DNA from: Octopus sinensis
Taxonomy: Eukaryota
DNA length: 64,000 nucleotides
Reading direction: 5' to 3'
Assembly (NCBI RefSeq): GCF_006345805.1
Contig: NC_043010.1
Coordinates: forward strand, 15,996,001-16,060,000
Below are positions 1 through 13,049 of the stretch, in pieces. Position 1 is the stretch's first letter. Each line of letters begins with the position of its first letter. Below the pieces are notes generated by a model that saw nothing but the letters and a program-made list of their open reading frames with translations, searched no databases and was not told the origin of the DNA. A program made the translations under genes and the position numbers.

Positions 1-1892
1 ACCGATAACACCTCCATCCTCGCTCGCTGGTCCGAGCACTTCCAAAAGCCTCTACAGTGCCAACCGTACCGTACAGGACGTTGCCATTCTTCGCATTCCT
101 CAACTTCCAGTCAAAGAGGAGCTCAACGAACCACCCACCCTCGAAGAAACGATTGAAGCCATAGGACAACTCAATTGTTGCAAAGCAGCAGGAGTTTACG
201 GCATCCCACCAGAAATCTGGAAGAATGGAGGTCCGATGCTGCATGACAACCTCCATGATTTTCTTGTCTACTGCTGGGAGCAGAGCAGGATCTTCGCGAC
301 GCCGTCATCATAACCCTGTACAAGAACAAGGGTGAAAAGTCTGACTGCTCCAACTACCGGGGAATCACCCTACTCTCCATCGCCGGCAAAGTACATTCCA
401 GGATCCTACCCAATAAGCTAGTACCAACCATCGCTGAAGAAAACCTCCCCGAGAGCCAGTGTGGCTTCACAGCCAACAGAGGCACAACGGATATGGTGTT
501 CGTCCTCCGCCAACTCTAGGAGAAGTGCCGAGAACAAAACAGGGGACTCTATGCTACTTTTGTCGACCTCACAAAAGCATTTGGCACAGTGAGCAGGACA
601 GGACTATGGCTAATCGTGGAACGACTTGGCTGTCCCACCAAGTTTCTACAGATGGTGATCCAGCTGCACGAGAATCAGCGTGGTCAGATCAGACTCAATG
701 GTGATCTGTCGGAGCCCTTCCCCATCTCCAACGGCGTGAAGCAGGGTTGTGTCGTGCCACCGACTCTCTTCAGTATCTTCTTGAGCATGATGATCAAGCA
801 TGAGGATGAGGATGGGGGTGTATGTTAGGTATCATCTGGATGGCAGCCTCTTCAATCTACGGCACCTCCAAGACCTAGGAGAGGCTGATCCGAGACCTTT
901 TCTTCGCAGACGATGCTGTCTTTGTCGCCCACACAGAGCGAGCTCTGCAGCGCATCACGTCCTGCTTTGCAGACGCCTCGCGGCTCTTTGGCCTGGAGGT
1001 CAGCCTCAAGAAGACGGAGGTACTTCACCAACCTACACCCCAAGAGGATTACCGCCCACCCTACATCACTATCTGCGGTACCGAACTGAAATCAACTCAG
1101 CAGTTTACATACCTGGGCTGCATCATCTCATTCGATGCAAGGATCGACAAAGAAATTGAAAATAGACTCTCTAAGGTAAATAGGTCCTTTGGCAGATTGT
1201 ACAAACGTGTTTGGCACAATAATAACCTGAAGAACAAAACAAAGATCAGAGTCTACAGGGCCGAGGTTCTCACCACTCTTCTCTATGGCTCAGAGACCTG
1301 GATCACTTACCGCAGTCACATCCGTCTCCTTGAGCGCTTCCACCAACGATGTATCCGCACCATCCTCAACATACACGGGTGTGACTTCGTCACAAACATT
1401 AAAGTCTTGGAGCGGGCCGAGATCCCCAGCATTGAAGCCATGCTACTGAAGTCCCACCTCCGTTGGGCAGGGCATGTCTCCAGAATGGAGAACCATCGCC
1501 TTGTTAAGATTGCCCTGTTTGGCGAACTCTCCACCGGCCACCAAGTGAGAGGAGCTCCGAGGAAGCGCTACAAAGACTGCATCAAGAAGTCGCTAACAAT
1601 ATGCCATATTAACCACCAATGCTGGTCGGTCAGACCTGGCTGCGGACCGTGATATCTGGTGCCACACGATCTTCAACGCAGTCAGCAAGTTTGAGGAACA
1701 AAGAAGAAACGCACTTAAAGACAAGAGACGCAGGAGGAAGGCGCGAGCCGCCTCTGACACCACACTGGATGTTACCTTCGTCTGTGGACACTGCTCACGG
1801 ACCTGCCTTTCCCATATCGGACTTGTCAGTCATGAGCGTGCATGCACGCGACGTGGACAGCCTTCCTGATCTTCGTTCGCGAAGCCGAGCCA

Positions 1893-1895
<3 letters not shown>
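1..1895 (+). mobile_element. RTE-clade LINE, 3' part (RT, thumb and C-terminal C2H2-like finger), frameshifted
   Basis: Frame-hopping RT motifs: FVDLTKAF(G)TVSR, GVKQGCVVPPTLF, LFADDA, FTYLG, LLYGSETW, LRWAGHVSRM. C-terminal FVCGHCSRTCLSHIGLVSHERAC. Ends in an (AT)n tract. Confidence 0.92.
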
Positions 1896-1944
<49 letters not shown>

Positions 1945-1971
1945 GAATATATATATATGAATATATATATG

Positions 1972-2008
<37 letters not shown>

Positions 2009-2103
2009 ATACATATATATCAAAATAAGCAACTAACTTAAGTACCATATTCATTCGAATCTATACTTATATATATATATAAAAAACAAAAAACAAAACA
2101 AAA

Positions 2104-2248
2104 CCGAGGTCGACTTTGCCTTTCATCTTTTCGGGGTCGATAAATTAAGGACCAGTTACGCACTGGGGTCGATATAATGGACTTAATCCGTTTGTCTGTC
2201 CTTGTTTGTCCCCTCTGTGTTTAGCCCCTTGTGGGTAGTAAAGAAATA
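2104..2248 (+). mobile_element. SINE family A, 5'-truncated body
   Basis: gaggtcgactttgcctttcatc...ggggtcgataaattaag...cttgtgggtagtaaagaaata matches the full copies at 6000, 8536, 9478 and 46250. Confidence 0.85.
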
Positions 2249-2970
2249 TATATATATATATGAGAATATACATATAAACATATATATATAGATGAATATA
2301 TATAGATAAAACTTACTTGGAAAAGGATGCGTGGCGTTCGCTCATATAATAATATAAATAATATATAAGTATATGCATATATACATACATATATGTACAT
2401 ACCTACATCTATATGTATATATACATGCATATATGGGTACAGGACAAAAAAACCGGTGAACACAATGAGAAACGAAAACATGGAAACAAACTTTCTTTCG
2501 AACAACGGAAAAACAGAGAAACGAGACATACAACATAAAGAATATTCTTCTTCAGTTGTCCCTGTTTCATCTACTCCACGTTCGAAGGCAAGGACAAGAC
2601 GCGACTTTGTTGAAACAGTCCTTCCCGCAAAGCAAATGAAATAAAATTTGGAATTTTTTGTGGTGGGTGAAAGTGGTAACAAGAACAGGACAGTGAGAAC
2701 AAAACAGTAAAAACAAACGGCGAGGGCTGTTAAGCCAAGACGATAGAAAAATTATGAACGCGAGGAAGACGAGCTTATGAAGGAGACAGTATAAGCACGT
2801 TTTTTTCTTTACGAAGGTTGTGGGTAGAAAGATAGATTATCTTTCGTCACGTGTCAGCGACGAGAGAGTCGAGGAGGAGGAGTGACAGAGAGTGAACGGG
2901 GAAAGGGAGAGGAAAATAGGGAAGGGTGTGTGTATACATATATGTATATATGTATGTGTGTGTATATATG

Positions 2971-3024
<54 letters not shown>

Positions 3025-3049
3025 ATGTATATATTTTTTTTTTCTTTAC

Positions 3050-3812
3050 CGGTTTCAACCCAAAGCTTCGGTTATACTGTTGCACCACCTGTAGTTACTC
3101 AGTGTTGTTTCCTATATTGTTTTGGGTGAAGTAGAGAGTTAGACGGAGGTACTCTTCTTTGCGTCTCCTGTCGTGATGGTGGTTCATATGGTGTCTCAGA
3201 TGGAAACCTGTCCAGACGTTAGTTGTGTAGAATCAATTTTTCTTCACAAGTCACACCAGGCGATAAAAAAGACACAAAGCAGATTTCACAACGGCGTTCC
3301 TTTCATTTATGATTTTGCTCTGTTTGTGTACCTTTCCAAGGAGGTGCGGATGTCGAGCCAACTGTTAAATGGTCAACGTTTAGTTCTTCTGCAGTTGCTT
3401 TGTGTGAGTTCGCTTGAATAATGTTCCATAATTGGTCGTTGCGGGTCATTCGTAACCTTTCTCTTCGTCACGTCTCTCTTTCCTAATAAGACATTTTTGG
3501 AGTTAATGTTGAGGTGTATATTGATAGATGGTTCCTTGACCAAAGGTCTAGTTGATATTATTAGCAATTTCTGCTGCTTTACGTTCCTCTTGGAACTCTC
3601 GGTATATTCGCTCGATTCTGCTTTTGCCTCCATCTTTAATATGACAGCTAAAAGTATTCACTAATAAAGATTGAAAGTAACACTATTTGTATAAATCGAA
3701 AGACGGAAATCTGGGCTTGAAAAAAGTACAGGAATGCAGTTAAGCAAAAGTTTATTACAAAATCAGCATCAAAGTTTAGAATTATAACTGCAACTATTTT
3801 TGCACAGTGTAT
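3050..3812 (-). mobile_element. Mariner transposase relic (Hsmar1/cecropia-like) with left TIR
   Basis: Across frameshifts: REFQEERKAAEIANNIN*TFGQGT, NDQLWNIIQANSHKATAEELNVDHLTV, VTCEEKLILHN, similar to Hsmar1 EFKMGRKAAETTRNINNAFGPGT and NDQLRAIIEADPLTTTREVAEELNVDHSTV. TIR-like aactgcaactatttttgcac at ~3788-3806. Confidence 0.8.
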
Positions 3813-4665
3813 ATATGTATGTATGTGTATGTATATATTTATATGTGCGTGTGTGTGTTTAGGTGTTTGTACGACTGTGTTTTATGAAAATGTATGCAGG
3901 GAAGGAAAAATCAACGCCAAGGCCTAATTGAAATCAATACGTCAGTGTTTCTGATTGCTTTTATATGTTTGTATGTGTTTCAATAAATTGATTGGTTAGT
4001 CATAACGAACAGGTAGAAATCTAGGTAAATGTGTGCACTTAACCTTTCTGCATCCGTTTGTGCCAAGTAATAAGGTAAGTGTAACACGTACAAATTGTTT
4101 CACAAGTAAAAGATGTACTGGGAGGTTTGTTACAAATTCGTACTTGACAAAATTGATTCGTTTTCATCATGACATAAGTTTTATAACCTATTCTCTTCTC
4201 TGATTGATCGTAGTTATTTCATTATATTCATTGTATCGCCACCGTTCTATCTCTCTTTATAACGAAGTAAAGATGAAAGGTTTGATTTAGACGCAGATCG
4301 TCAATTTTCAGTTCTGCGAGTAATTCTCTGTTCTTAGCATTTTACTTTGCTACCAGGAAGGGATCTTGTTATACTTTACACCTGGGACAGCCCAGCAAAG
4401 AGACAAGTATTATTCAACTGAGAGGTTGACACCTTGCTTCTTTGATAACCCAGCACAATGTCATCCGTATGTGACGCTCAATGCCTTTATTCGATGAAGT
4501 AGTTATCGAAATGAACAAGTGATCCACTTTCAGTTTCAGTTTTCTTCTTGAAAAAATCACGAGCTCCTAAGAATTCAATTCCTCCACCTCTTCATTATAA
4601 AGAAATTTAATCCATAGAAGTGTATTTGAAGTTTCAAGCTGAAGCTCTTCAGAAAGAGAAAAAGG

Positions 4666-5073
4666 GGATCTTTTCGGTTTGAACGGCAGTTTTTAACATA
4701 ATTTCTAGGTAATTAAAAAATTATAAACTTCGCATACTGGTAGAATGTGTTTATAAAACATCTTTTTCTCTTGGCTTTATTGAGAAAATTCTATAGTTTG
4801 TAAGATATTTGTTGTTTTTTCTCCAATTTCTGCAATTTCAACCAATCACTGACGTTTATTGAGGTAAAAAGCATTCTGTGCTGTATGAATATGTCCCTCG
4901 TTTAAGAAACAGATTGGGTTTATTTACATTTGTGAAGAAAAAAAGATACCCTTTCCCCAACCCTAACCCTAACACAGATAGAAATGCAATAGATCGATTC
5001 TAGGGTCATAATTATGGGTGAAAATTTCATATGACACCGCTAGAAAAAACTGCCGTTCAAACCGAAAAGATCC
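4666..5073 (+). mobile_element. MITE (GGATCTTTTCGG-TIR family), full copy
   Basis: 28-bp TIR ggatcttttcggtttgaacggcagtttt at both ends. Internal ccctaa repeats. No matching 8-bp TSD. Confidence 0.92.
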
Positions 5074-5384
5074 AAGGCCTTTATTCGGTTTTCTGCTTAC
5101 CTTCTTAGCTGGATGCACCAACAGCCCAAAGCGAATGTGAGTCGCACTTCAATTTTTTAACAGCTCCCTCTTTGCCTTTAAGCGATTGGTGTATCCGTCG
5201 ATTGCTTGTTTGGACAAATGTGAAATTCATTTTCTTAGTTCTGGTCTCTTTGTTTTTGTTACTGTTGTTTCAAATGGCTTTCCAGACTTTATCTCAATGT
5301 CGTTGGTGTGTCGACGATGTATATATTGTGACGTCATTGCTTTTGTTTATTGTGACATCAGCAGTAATGGCCGTTACCATGATG

Positions 5385-5472
5385 CAATAGATCGATACTA
5401 GGGTCATAATTATGAGTGACAATTTCATATGACACCGCTAGAAAAAACTGCCGTTCAAGCCGAAAAGATCCC
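5385..5472 (+). mobile_element. MITE right-end fragment
   Basis: gcaatagatcgatactagggtcataatt...gaaaagatcc. Confidence 0.85.
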
Positions 5473-5999
5473 AAGATGAGCGCATGGATTCTGAGAACTT
5501 TCCGGTCCAGAGGGTCAGATGTCATTGTCCTTCTTTCAACAGTCTCACAGATCCCAGTCCCTTGGGATCATTATTAACAAAGAAAATAATATGAAAGTTG
5601 AAGCAGCTTGGGGGACAGTTACAAGAATCTACGAAACTAAAGAAAATACAAGGGAGGAAGGAGGAATTACAACCGTGTTTCGTGGTCTGCTATCACAAGA
5701 GCTCCTTTATAGGACCCAGTTAGCTCAAGACATCATCAAGAATAAATGGCATGACAAACCTTCGTTACATTAAAACACACAGATTCTTTTCTTTCCTCTA
5801 TAATCACGAGCGCTACCTGAGTTGTTTTAATGTGAAAAACGTACCAAAAGTGCTCCCTGAACGATTAAAGATAACTTATTGTTGGGAGTGTACACCATAC
5901 GCCACTCTAACCCTATTTTAACTTGCTTTATTCCATTCTGCATTATTCCGAAACAAACAAGAAAGACACCGTTAAACGGTATCTGGTTAAAGGTGGAAA

Positions 6000-6417
6000 G
6001 GCGGCGAGCTGGCAGAAACGTTAGCGCGCCGGACGAAATGCTTAGCCGTATTTCGTCTGCCGTTACGTTATGAGTTCAAATTCCGCTGAGGTCGACTTTG
6101 CCTTTCATCCTTTCGGGGTCGATTAAATAAGTACCAGTTACGTACTGGGGTCGATATAATCGACTTAATACCTATGTCTGTCCTTGTTTGTCCCCTCTAT
6201 GTTTAGCCCCTTGTGGGTAATAAAGAAATAGGTATTTCGTCTGCCGTTACGTTGTGAGTTCAAATTCCGCCGAGGTCGACTTTGCCTTTCATCCTTTCGG
6301 GGTCGATAAATTAAGTACCAGTTACGCACTGGGGTCGATGTAATCGACTTAATACCTATGTCTGTCCTTGTTTGTCCCCTCTGTGTTTAGCCCCTTGTGG
6401 GTAGTAAAGAAATAGGT
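6000..6417 (+). mobile_element. SINE family A: tRNA-like head plus two tandem body units
   Basis: A-box-like gagctggcagaa and B-box gagttcaaattcc. The body repeats head-to-tail from (g)gtatttcgtctgccg. Confidence 0.9.
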
Positions 6418-6885
6418 ATCTGGTTAAATTTCTCAAAGAAATAATAAAAAAAACCCGACAACCGGATTTGTGTGGGTTATGCATTTCAAAAATATGTTTT
6501 AAATATGCTTTTAAAGGCTTCAACTGGTAGTGTTGTTAAGTTAGACATGTTATAAGTCAATATTAAGGTAATTTTTAGTTTGCACACACACACGCCAACA
6601 GTATTATTGTATGACATGTTACTCTGGTTCTTTATTATTCAGATCATTCCTAGAGAAACCTGGAATTTTCTCTGTTTTCCCCTGAATGAATGAGAAAAAA
6701 GAATATCAGCCAGGAATGTGTCTCTATTTGACTTTTCAATGGTGTTCGAAGGTTTACGGTTGCTCGTACTATGACTTATTTAGAAAGGCAAATCTCCTGA
6801 TCAGATGCGCAGCCTGTTTGTCTGACAGCGTATTGAATGTGTGTGATATATTTGCAGTGTTTGTGTTTGACTAGGCAAGCATACA

Positions 6886-7250
6886 TCTCTATATATATAA
6901 ACGGCAAAATGTCTGTGTGTGTGTCCTTTATACAAATCCACAATTTTTCAGTTAGAGAGCTCGCACTTTCTATGGTCATTTAAAACCATCCAAGGGTGGT
7001 CGTGCACATCTTTACATTTCCCCAGTCGCTCCGCAAAGCCATTAAAAAAATCAATAGAAGTGACTTTTTTGTGAATTTTCTATCCAAAACCCAATCAAAA
7101 TGCCCGAAACTTGATACGTCAATTGAATGCCAGCTAGCTGTATGTGATTGGTCGGAGATTTGGACAGTACTCGCATGTATGTGCGCACGCACGCAGCTGT
7201 ATATGCATGCACTAGCAGCATAACCCGGCGTTGCCGGGTCACAGTGCTAG
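6886..7250 (+). mobile_element. Non-autonomous Helitron, copy 1
   Basis: 5' TC after host A; 3' hairpin acccggc-gtt-gccgggt (7223-7239) 11 nt before CTAG; host T follows; no TSD. Near-identical to 49511-49874. Confidence 0.9.
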
Positions 7251-7401
7251 TTCTCCATAAATGAATTATTGATCTTAACATTGTGTAAGTTAAAGAGCAT
7301 CTGGTATGCGTGTGATACTGAGAAACGATGTCTTAGTTTTAGGGAATTCCTGGTTATGCTTGTTATGCGGTGGATTCTGATCTGCTCTATAGTGGATAGG
7401 A

Positions 7402-7790
7402 GGAGACGCAATGGCCCAGTGGTTAGGGCAGCGGACTCGCGGTCGTAGGATTGCGGTTTCGATTCCCAGACCGGGCGTTGTGAGTGTTTATTGAGCGAAA
7501 ACACCTAAAGCTCCACGAGGCTCCGGCAGGGGATAGTGGTGATCCCTGCTGTACTCTTTCACCACAACTTTCTCTCACTTTTACTTCCTGTTTCTGTTGT
7601 ACCTGTATTTCAAGGGGCCGGCCTTGTCACTCTCTGTGTCACGCTGAATATCCCCGAGAATATCCCCGTTAAGGGTACACGTGTCTGTGGAGTGCTCAGC
7701 CACTTACACGTTAATTTCACGAGCAGGCTGTTCCGTTGATTCGGATCAACCGGAACCCTCGTCGTCGTAACCGACGGAGTGCTTCCATCC
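7402..7790 (+). mobile_element. SINE family C (tRNA-derived), full length with 13-bp TSD
   Basis: Head gcaatggcccagtggttagggcagcggactcgcggtcgtagg...ttcgattccc. TSD atagtggatagga at 7389-7401 and 7791-7803. Confidence 0.92.
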
Positions 7791-8535
7791 ATAGTGGATA
7801 GGACTTAATTCATATAAACTAAGTGTATACTGAAACCACTTCTAGGTACAGCATAATTAAAATTGGTGCAGTTGCTCTATCGAGCGTATGCATGTCTGAG
7901 GGTGGATCAGACATTGTCCTACATGTTCTGGCCACAAAGTATTATGAACAGTTGATGGCTGGAATTTTTATGTAATAGGTGTTTTCATTCGGATTTATGT
8001 AAGGTTGATTTTACCTGTCATTTAAGTGTTGAGTAGCGTAAGGTTAGTACTAATAGCTCTGTGTAAGCTAAACTCCATACATCACTTGATCACTTTGACC
8101 GACCAGTCCGTCAGGCGTCCATTTGACACCGCTGGTCACAGCACGCTGTCCACTCCTCTCTGTATGGAGTTCAAAGAGTTCAGTGAAGGCCTTTGAACTC
8201 CATACATATTCCTTGGAAATTCTTCCTGAAACCGTCTTGTAGAAATTAATGCTGTGAGATGGCCGTGTCATTCGGAGCTCTTGGAACAATTGTACCATTC
8301 CAACAACTATTGGTAATCGAATCCCTGCTTGTCCACGTATACGTAATTCAATCTTGTCATTGGTGGCTCGATTTGTTAAATCTGTTTCAAAAAATAGCTG
8401 CCAAATCAGCTTCCAATCACAGCCTGCCGTCTTAAAAAAGTGAAGAACACTGAATATTGATCACGTTTGAAATACTTTCGACCATAGGTCTGTTCGATTA
8501 TACTTGAACTGGGGCTTAACAACAAGTGATATTTA

Positions 8536-8762
8536 GGCGAGCTGGCAGAACCGTTAGCACGCCGGGCGAAATGCGTAGCCGTATTTCATCTGCCGTTACG
8601 TTCTGAGTTCAAATTCCGCCGAGGTCGACTTTGCCTTTCATCCTTTCGGGGTCGATAAGTTAAGTACCAGTTACGCACTGGGGTCGATGTAATCGACTTA
8701 ATATCTATGTCTGTCCTTGTTTGTCCGCTCTGTGTTTAGCCCCTTGTGGGTAGTAAAGAAAC
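8536..8762 (+). mobile_element. SINE family A monomer
   Basis: Full head and body. gatatttaggc occurs at both flanks (putative TSD overlapping the head). Confidence 0.9.
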
Positions 8763-9348
8763 AGATATTTAGGCAGGTGAGCTAACAACCTGGTTTCCTT
8801 TCCCAGTTAAAAACAATTTCACTTCTGCTCCTGATTCGTCTGAGAAACGATAGGCCGCTATAATATCCCACTTTGCCTTCTGATATTTTCTGCAGCCTTC
8901 TGCTCCACTCAGAAATCAATATGAATCCATTAACTGCCTTCCCTTCTCTGCATCTACAACACTCAACTTCCTTTCCTCACTCACTCGTTTCCTCTTCTCA
9001 TTAAATTTCACTGAGACAACTTTTATTTGCTTCGAAGAAGTTGCTACTGAAACTTAAGTAGATCGATATTGCGATCCTTTCGTTGCTAAAACCTAAATGT
9101 TCCCTCATGAACCCAAATTATTTTAATGCCGACCTTAAATACTTTCTTCAAAGAATTGATTAATTCAAATACTCTCTGATTGTATTGCGCAATTTTCATC
9201 GAACACTAATTGCATTAATTGCTAAATCTACACCATCGAATGTTTTTCTGGTTATTGACTGATATATCAAAATGTATTCAAAATCAGTGCTATTACAGTC
9301 AAGCTCGCTCTCTCCCTCTATTATCACACACACACACACACACACACA

Positions 9349-9385
<37 letters not shown>

Positions 9386-9477
9386 ATCTATCTATTTATC
9401 TATCTCTACCAGTTGAGTAAAGTTAAAACATGGTCTGGTTTTCACGTTTTTTTTATTACGGTATTTTGACATTAAAG

Positions 9478-10068
9478 GGCGGCGAGCTGGCAGAATCGTT
9501 AGCACGCCGGGCGAAATGCTTAGCAGTATTTCGTCTGCCGCTACGTTCTGAGTTCAAATTCCGCCGAGGTCGACTTTGTCTTTCATCCTTTCGGGGTCGA
9601 TTAAATAAGTACCAGTTACGCACTGGGGTCGATGTAATCGACTTAATACCTATGTCTGTCCTTGTTTGTCCTATCTATGTTCAGCCCCTTGTGGGTAATA
9701 AAGAAATAGGTATTTCGTCTGCCGCTACGTTCTGAGTTCAAATTCCGCCGAGGTCGACTTTGCCTTTCATCCTTTCGGGGTCGATTAAATAAGTACCAGT
9801 TACGCACTGGGGTCGATGTAATCGACTTAATACCTATGTCTGTCCTTGTTTGTCCTCTCTATGTTCAGCCCCTTGTGGGTAATAAAGAAATAGGTATTTC
9901 GTCTGCCGCTACGTTCTGAGTTCAAATTCCGCCGAGGTCGACTTTGCCTTTCATCCTTTCGGGGTCGATTAAATAAGTACCAGTTACGCACTGGGGTCGA
10001 TGTAATCGACTTAATACCTATGTCTATCCTTGTTTATCCCCTTGTGGGTAATAAAGAAATAGGTATTT
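9478..10068 (+). mobile_element. SINE family A: head plus three tandem ~180-bp body units
   Basis: Units restart at ggtatttcgtctgccgctacg after each aaagaaata end. Confidence 0.9.
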
Positions 10069-10129
10069 TAACATTAAAAAATTTTATTTTGTAATTCTCC
10101 TAAAGTTAAATTAGTACTTTCATACATAG

Positions 10130-10705
10130 TGTGTGTTTATGTCCTCGTAACCTAGCGGTTCGGCAAAAGAGACCGATAGAGTAAGTACTGGGCTTACAAA
10201 GAATAAGTTCCGGGGTCGATTTGCTCGACTAAAGGCGGTGCTCCAGCATGGCCGCAGTCAAATGACTGAAACAAGTAAAAGAGTAAAAGAGTAAATAGGA
10301 CAATCTTTTTCCAGAAAATTGTGAATTTCCTCATCCAGCTCTGATGTTCTGATAACGTCCTTCCCTCCCACTTTACTCATCCTCTCTCTCCTTCTCTCTG
10401 CTATTCTTCAACCTCTTGTACCAGCCAAAGAAAAAACAGATGCTTGCCTGTATAACTTCATCCCTAAGCATTTCTGTAGCGTTTCACCCTTTTTAACACA
10501 AAGCTGTATTACTGAGCGAGGTTCCAAATTACCTTCACGTTCCGACTATATTCTGCAAACTAGTGACAATCAGTCATTTGTAGAGTGTTGTTCAGATTTC
10601 AAATGTGTTTCACTGACAATTTGAGTTCTTGATAACTTTTAGTACCTCTCAGAACGTTCCAACCAGCTGAATTTTTAGGATACCTTTTTGACCACTCCGC
10701 ACACT
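10130..10705. repeat. Local duplication of a SINE-B tail / mariner N-terminus junction, with mariner TIR
   Basis: 10130-10590 parallels 14135-14610, including the same SINE-tail/mariner junction. ggatacctttttgaccactccgca (~10678-10701) resembles the reverse complement of a mariner TIR. Confidence 0.8.
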
Positions 10706-10909
10706 CTTAAGCATCACGATTTGCCAAACGTACCGATATTCTGTAACTTGTTTATATTTATTTATCCACATCATTAACTGGTTGTTATGTTTTTGCTGTT
10801 ATTTCCGTTCAGAACAGGTTTGAACATTTTAATGAACCGTGTCTCATTTATCTTTCTTCCAACCTCACTCGTGTCATGTAGTTTGTGAAAAGGAAAAGTT
10901 AGAAACATT

Positions 10910-11324
10910 GGATCTTTTCGGTTTGAACGGCAGTTTTTTTCTAGCGGTGTCATATGAAATTGTCACCCATAATTATGACCCTAGTATCGATCTATTGCAT
11001 TTCAATCTGTTTTAGGGTTAGGATTAGGGGTGGGGGGAAGGGTATATTTTTTCTTCACAAATGTAAATAAACCCAATCTGTTTCTTAAACGAGGGACATA
11101 TTAATACGGCACGGAATGTTTTTTACCTCAATGGACGTCAGTGATTGGTTGAAATTGCAGAAATTGAAGAAAAAACGACAAATATCTTACAAACTATAGA
11201 ATTTTCTCAAAAAAGCCAAGAGAAAAAGATGTTTTATAAACACATTCTACCAGTTTACGAAGTTTAAATTTTTTTAGTTACCTAGAAATTATGTTAAAAA
11301 CTGCCGTTCAAACCGAAAAGATAC
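10910..11324 (-). mobile_element. MITE full copy, TSD gaaacatt
   Basis: TIRs at both ends. gaaacatt at 10902-10909 and 11325-11332. Confidence 0.93.
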
Positions 11325-11477
11325 GAAACATTTTCTGACCGCATGTCTCTGTATATTCGTTCAATGGAAGTTGGCGAACATTGGTGTTCCGGATTTGTTC
11401 TTTAACAATCGTGTCCATAACTTCATTCGTAATACGCGTAAGGTGTGTCCTGGATAATATTTTCCAGTATTTTTTTT

Positions 11478-11690
11478 TTTTTTGTACTTGTTTCAGTCAT
11501 TTGACTGCGGCCATGCTGGAGCACCGCCTTTAGAGTGGTGAAAGAGTACAGCAGGGATCACCACCTCCTGCCGGAGCCTCATGGAGCTTTTAGGTGTTTT
11601 TTTCGCTCAATAAACACACACAACGCCCGGTCTGGGAATCGAAACCGCGATCCTCCGACCGCAAGTCCGCTGCCCTAACCACTAGGCCAT
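11478..11690 (-). mobile_element. Fused SINE-B tail and SINE-C head fragments
   Basis: tacttgtttcagtcatttgactgcggccatgctggagcaccgcc followed by the reverse complement of the SINE-C head. Confidence 0.75.
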
Positions 11691-12207
11691 ATATATATTC
11701 CAGATAATATTTTCCAGTATATATACCGAACTTTCTAAAAGATGTATAACGGTATATTCTGGATGCAAATGTTACTAATTATATAATATCAAGTCCTTGA
11801 GTTATTTTATTATCGAAACGGAGTCTGGTGTGTTGCGCCGAACAATGATCGTAGAGCACGACAGCAAAAATTGAATGGAGTGAGGCAGAGAAGATACAGC
11901 GAAGGAGAAAACAGATGAAATAAGAATTCGCAGTAACCAGAGAGGTATAAAAAATGACGAGAAGCATTAAATCAGAAGAAAAGGAATGAAGTGAAGGCTA
12001 GAAATGAGCTAGAATGAGTCTTGTGATGAACGACGGAACTGAGATTGAGAGGGAAAGAATGATAATTGTTAATCAAGAAAGAAGGCAAAATATAATAATA
12101 ATGATGATAGGCAATATTTTGCTCAAGCCAGAATGAGAAAACAGACAGGGAGAGAAAACGAGACTGAAGAAAGTAGACAAGATTTCCCAGGAATTAATCA
12201 AAGGATT

Positions 12208-12595
12208 GGGATGGAAGCACTCCGTCGGTTACAACGACGAGGGTTCCGGTTGATCCGAACCAACGGAACAGCCTGCTCGTGAAATTAACGTGTAAGTGGC
12301 TGAGCACTCCACAGACACGTGTACCCTTAACGGGAATATTCTCGGGGATATTCAGCGTGACACAGAGAGTGACTAGGCCGGCCCTTTGAAATACAGGTAC
12401 AACAGAAACAGGAAGTAAGAGTGAGAGAAAGTTGTGGTGAAAGAGTACAGCAGGGATCACCACCATCCCTGCTGGAGCCTCGTAGAGCTTTAGGTGTTTT
12501 CGCTCAATAAACACTCACAACGCCCGGTCTGGGAATCGAAACCGCGATCCTACGACCGCGAGTCCGCTGCCCTAACCACTGGGCCATTGCGCCTC
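12208..12595 (-). mobile_element. SINE family C, full length with 12-bp TSD
   Basis: Reverse complement of 7402-7790. TSD aatcaaaggatt at 12196-12207 and 12596-12607. Confidence 0.92.
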
Positions 12596-12769
12596 AATCA
12601 AAGGATTATGAGAGAAATGACAAGATATTCTCCGGTGGGGAGATATTTATGGCTGACATTGTACAACCAAATGAGTCGTTGAATTTCAATGAGGACTGCT
12701 TGCTGTATGTATTACTTTAAGATGAACCTTAATTAATCTTAATGAAGTTATTTCTCTTGTTTTCGATTT

Positions 12770-12995
12770 TAACACACGTAGAGGAGAAAATCCCTGGAGA
12801 AGGACATCATCCTGGGAATGGTCAGTGGCAAGAGAGGAAGAGGCCGACCAAGAACCCGCTGGCTTGACACTATCAAGAGTGATACCGGAATGGACATAGC
12901 CAATCTGAAAGAAGCGGCCCAGGATAGAACTGACTGGAGGACACTGATCCAACGAATGACCGAGAGTCGACTTCAACTGAGCGGATAGATAGATA
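12770..12995 (+). mobile_element. RTE-clade LINE extreme 3' end
   Basis: RRKSLEKDIILGMVSGKRGRGRPRTRWLDTIKSDTG...DRTDWRTLIQRMTESRLQLSG* followed by an (atag)n tail. Confidence 0.88.
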
Positions 12996-13049
12996 GAGGG
13001 GTTTTATTTGGTTGTTAATTTTGGGATTTATTCAGGAGAGGCATTTATT

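Noticed and set aside
4324-4420. Possible small-GTPase exon (YTWDSPAK resembling WDTAG) after a ttcttag acceptor
   Set aside because: The G3 motif does not match (no DxxG), the frame stops soon after, and there is no convincing donor.
4400-4530. piggyBac-like FDNYF motif on the minus strand
   Set aside because: It is a single short motif followed by stops, with no TTAA/TIR or other catalytic motifs. Too weak to call.
7402-7480. tRNA gene
   Set aside because: The A/B boxes belong to SINE heads with SINE bodies and TSDs, and there is no complete cloverleaf.
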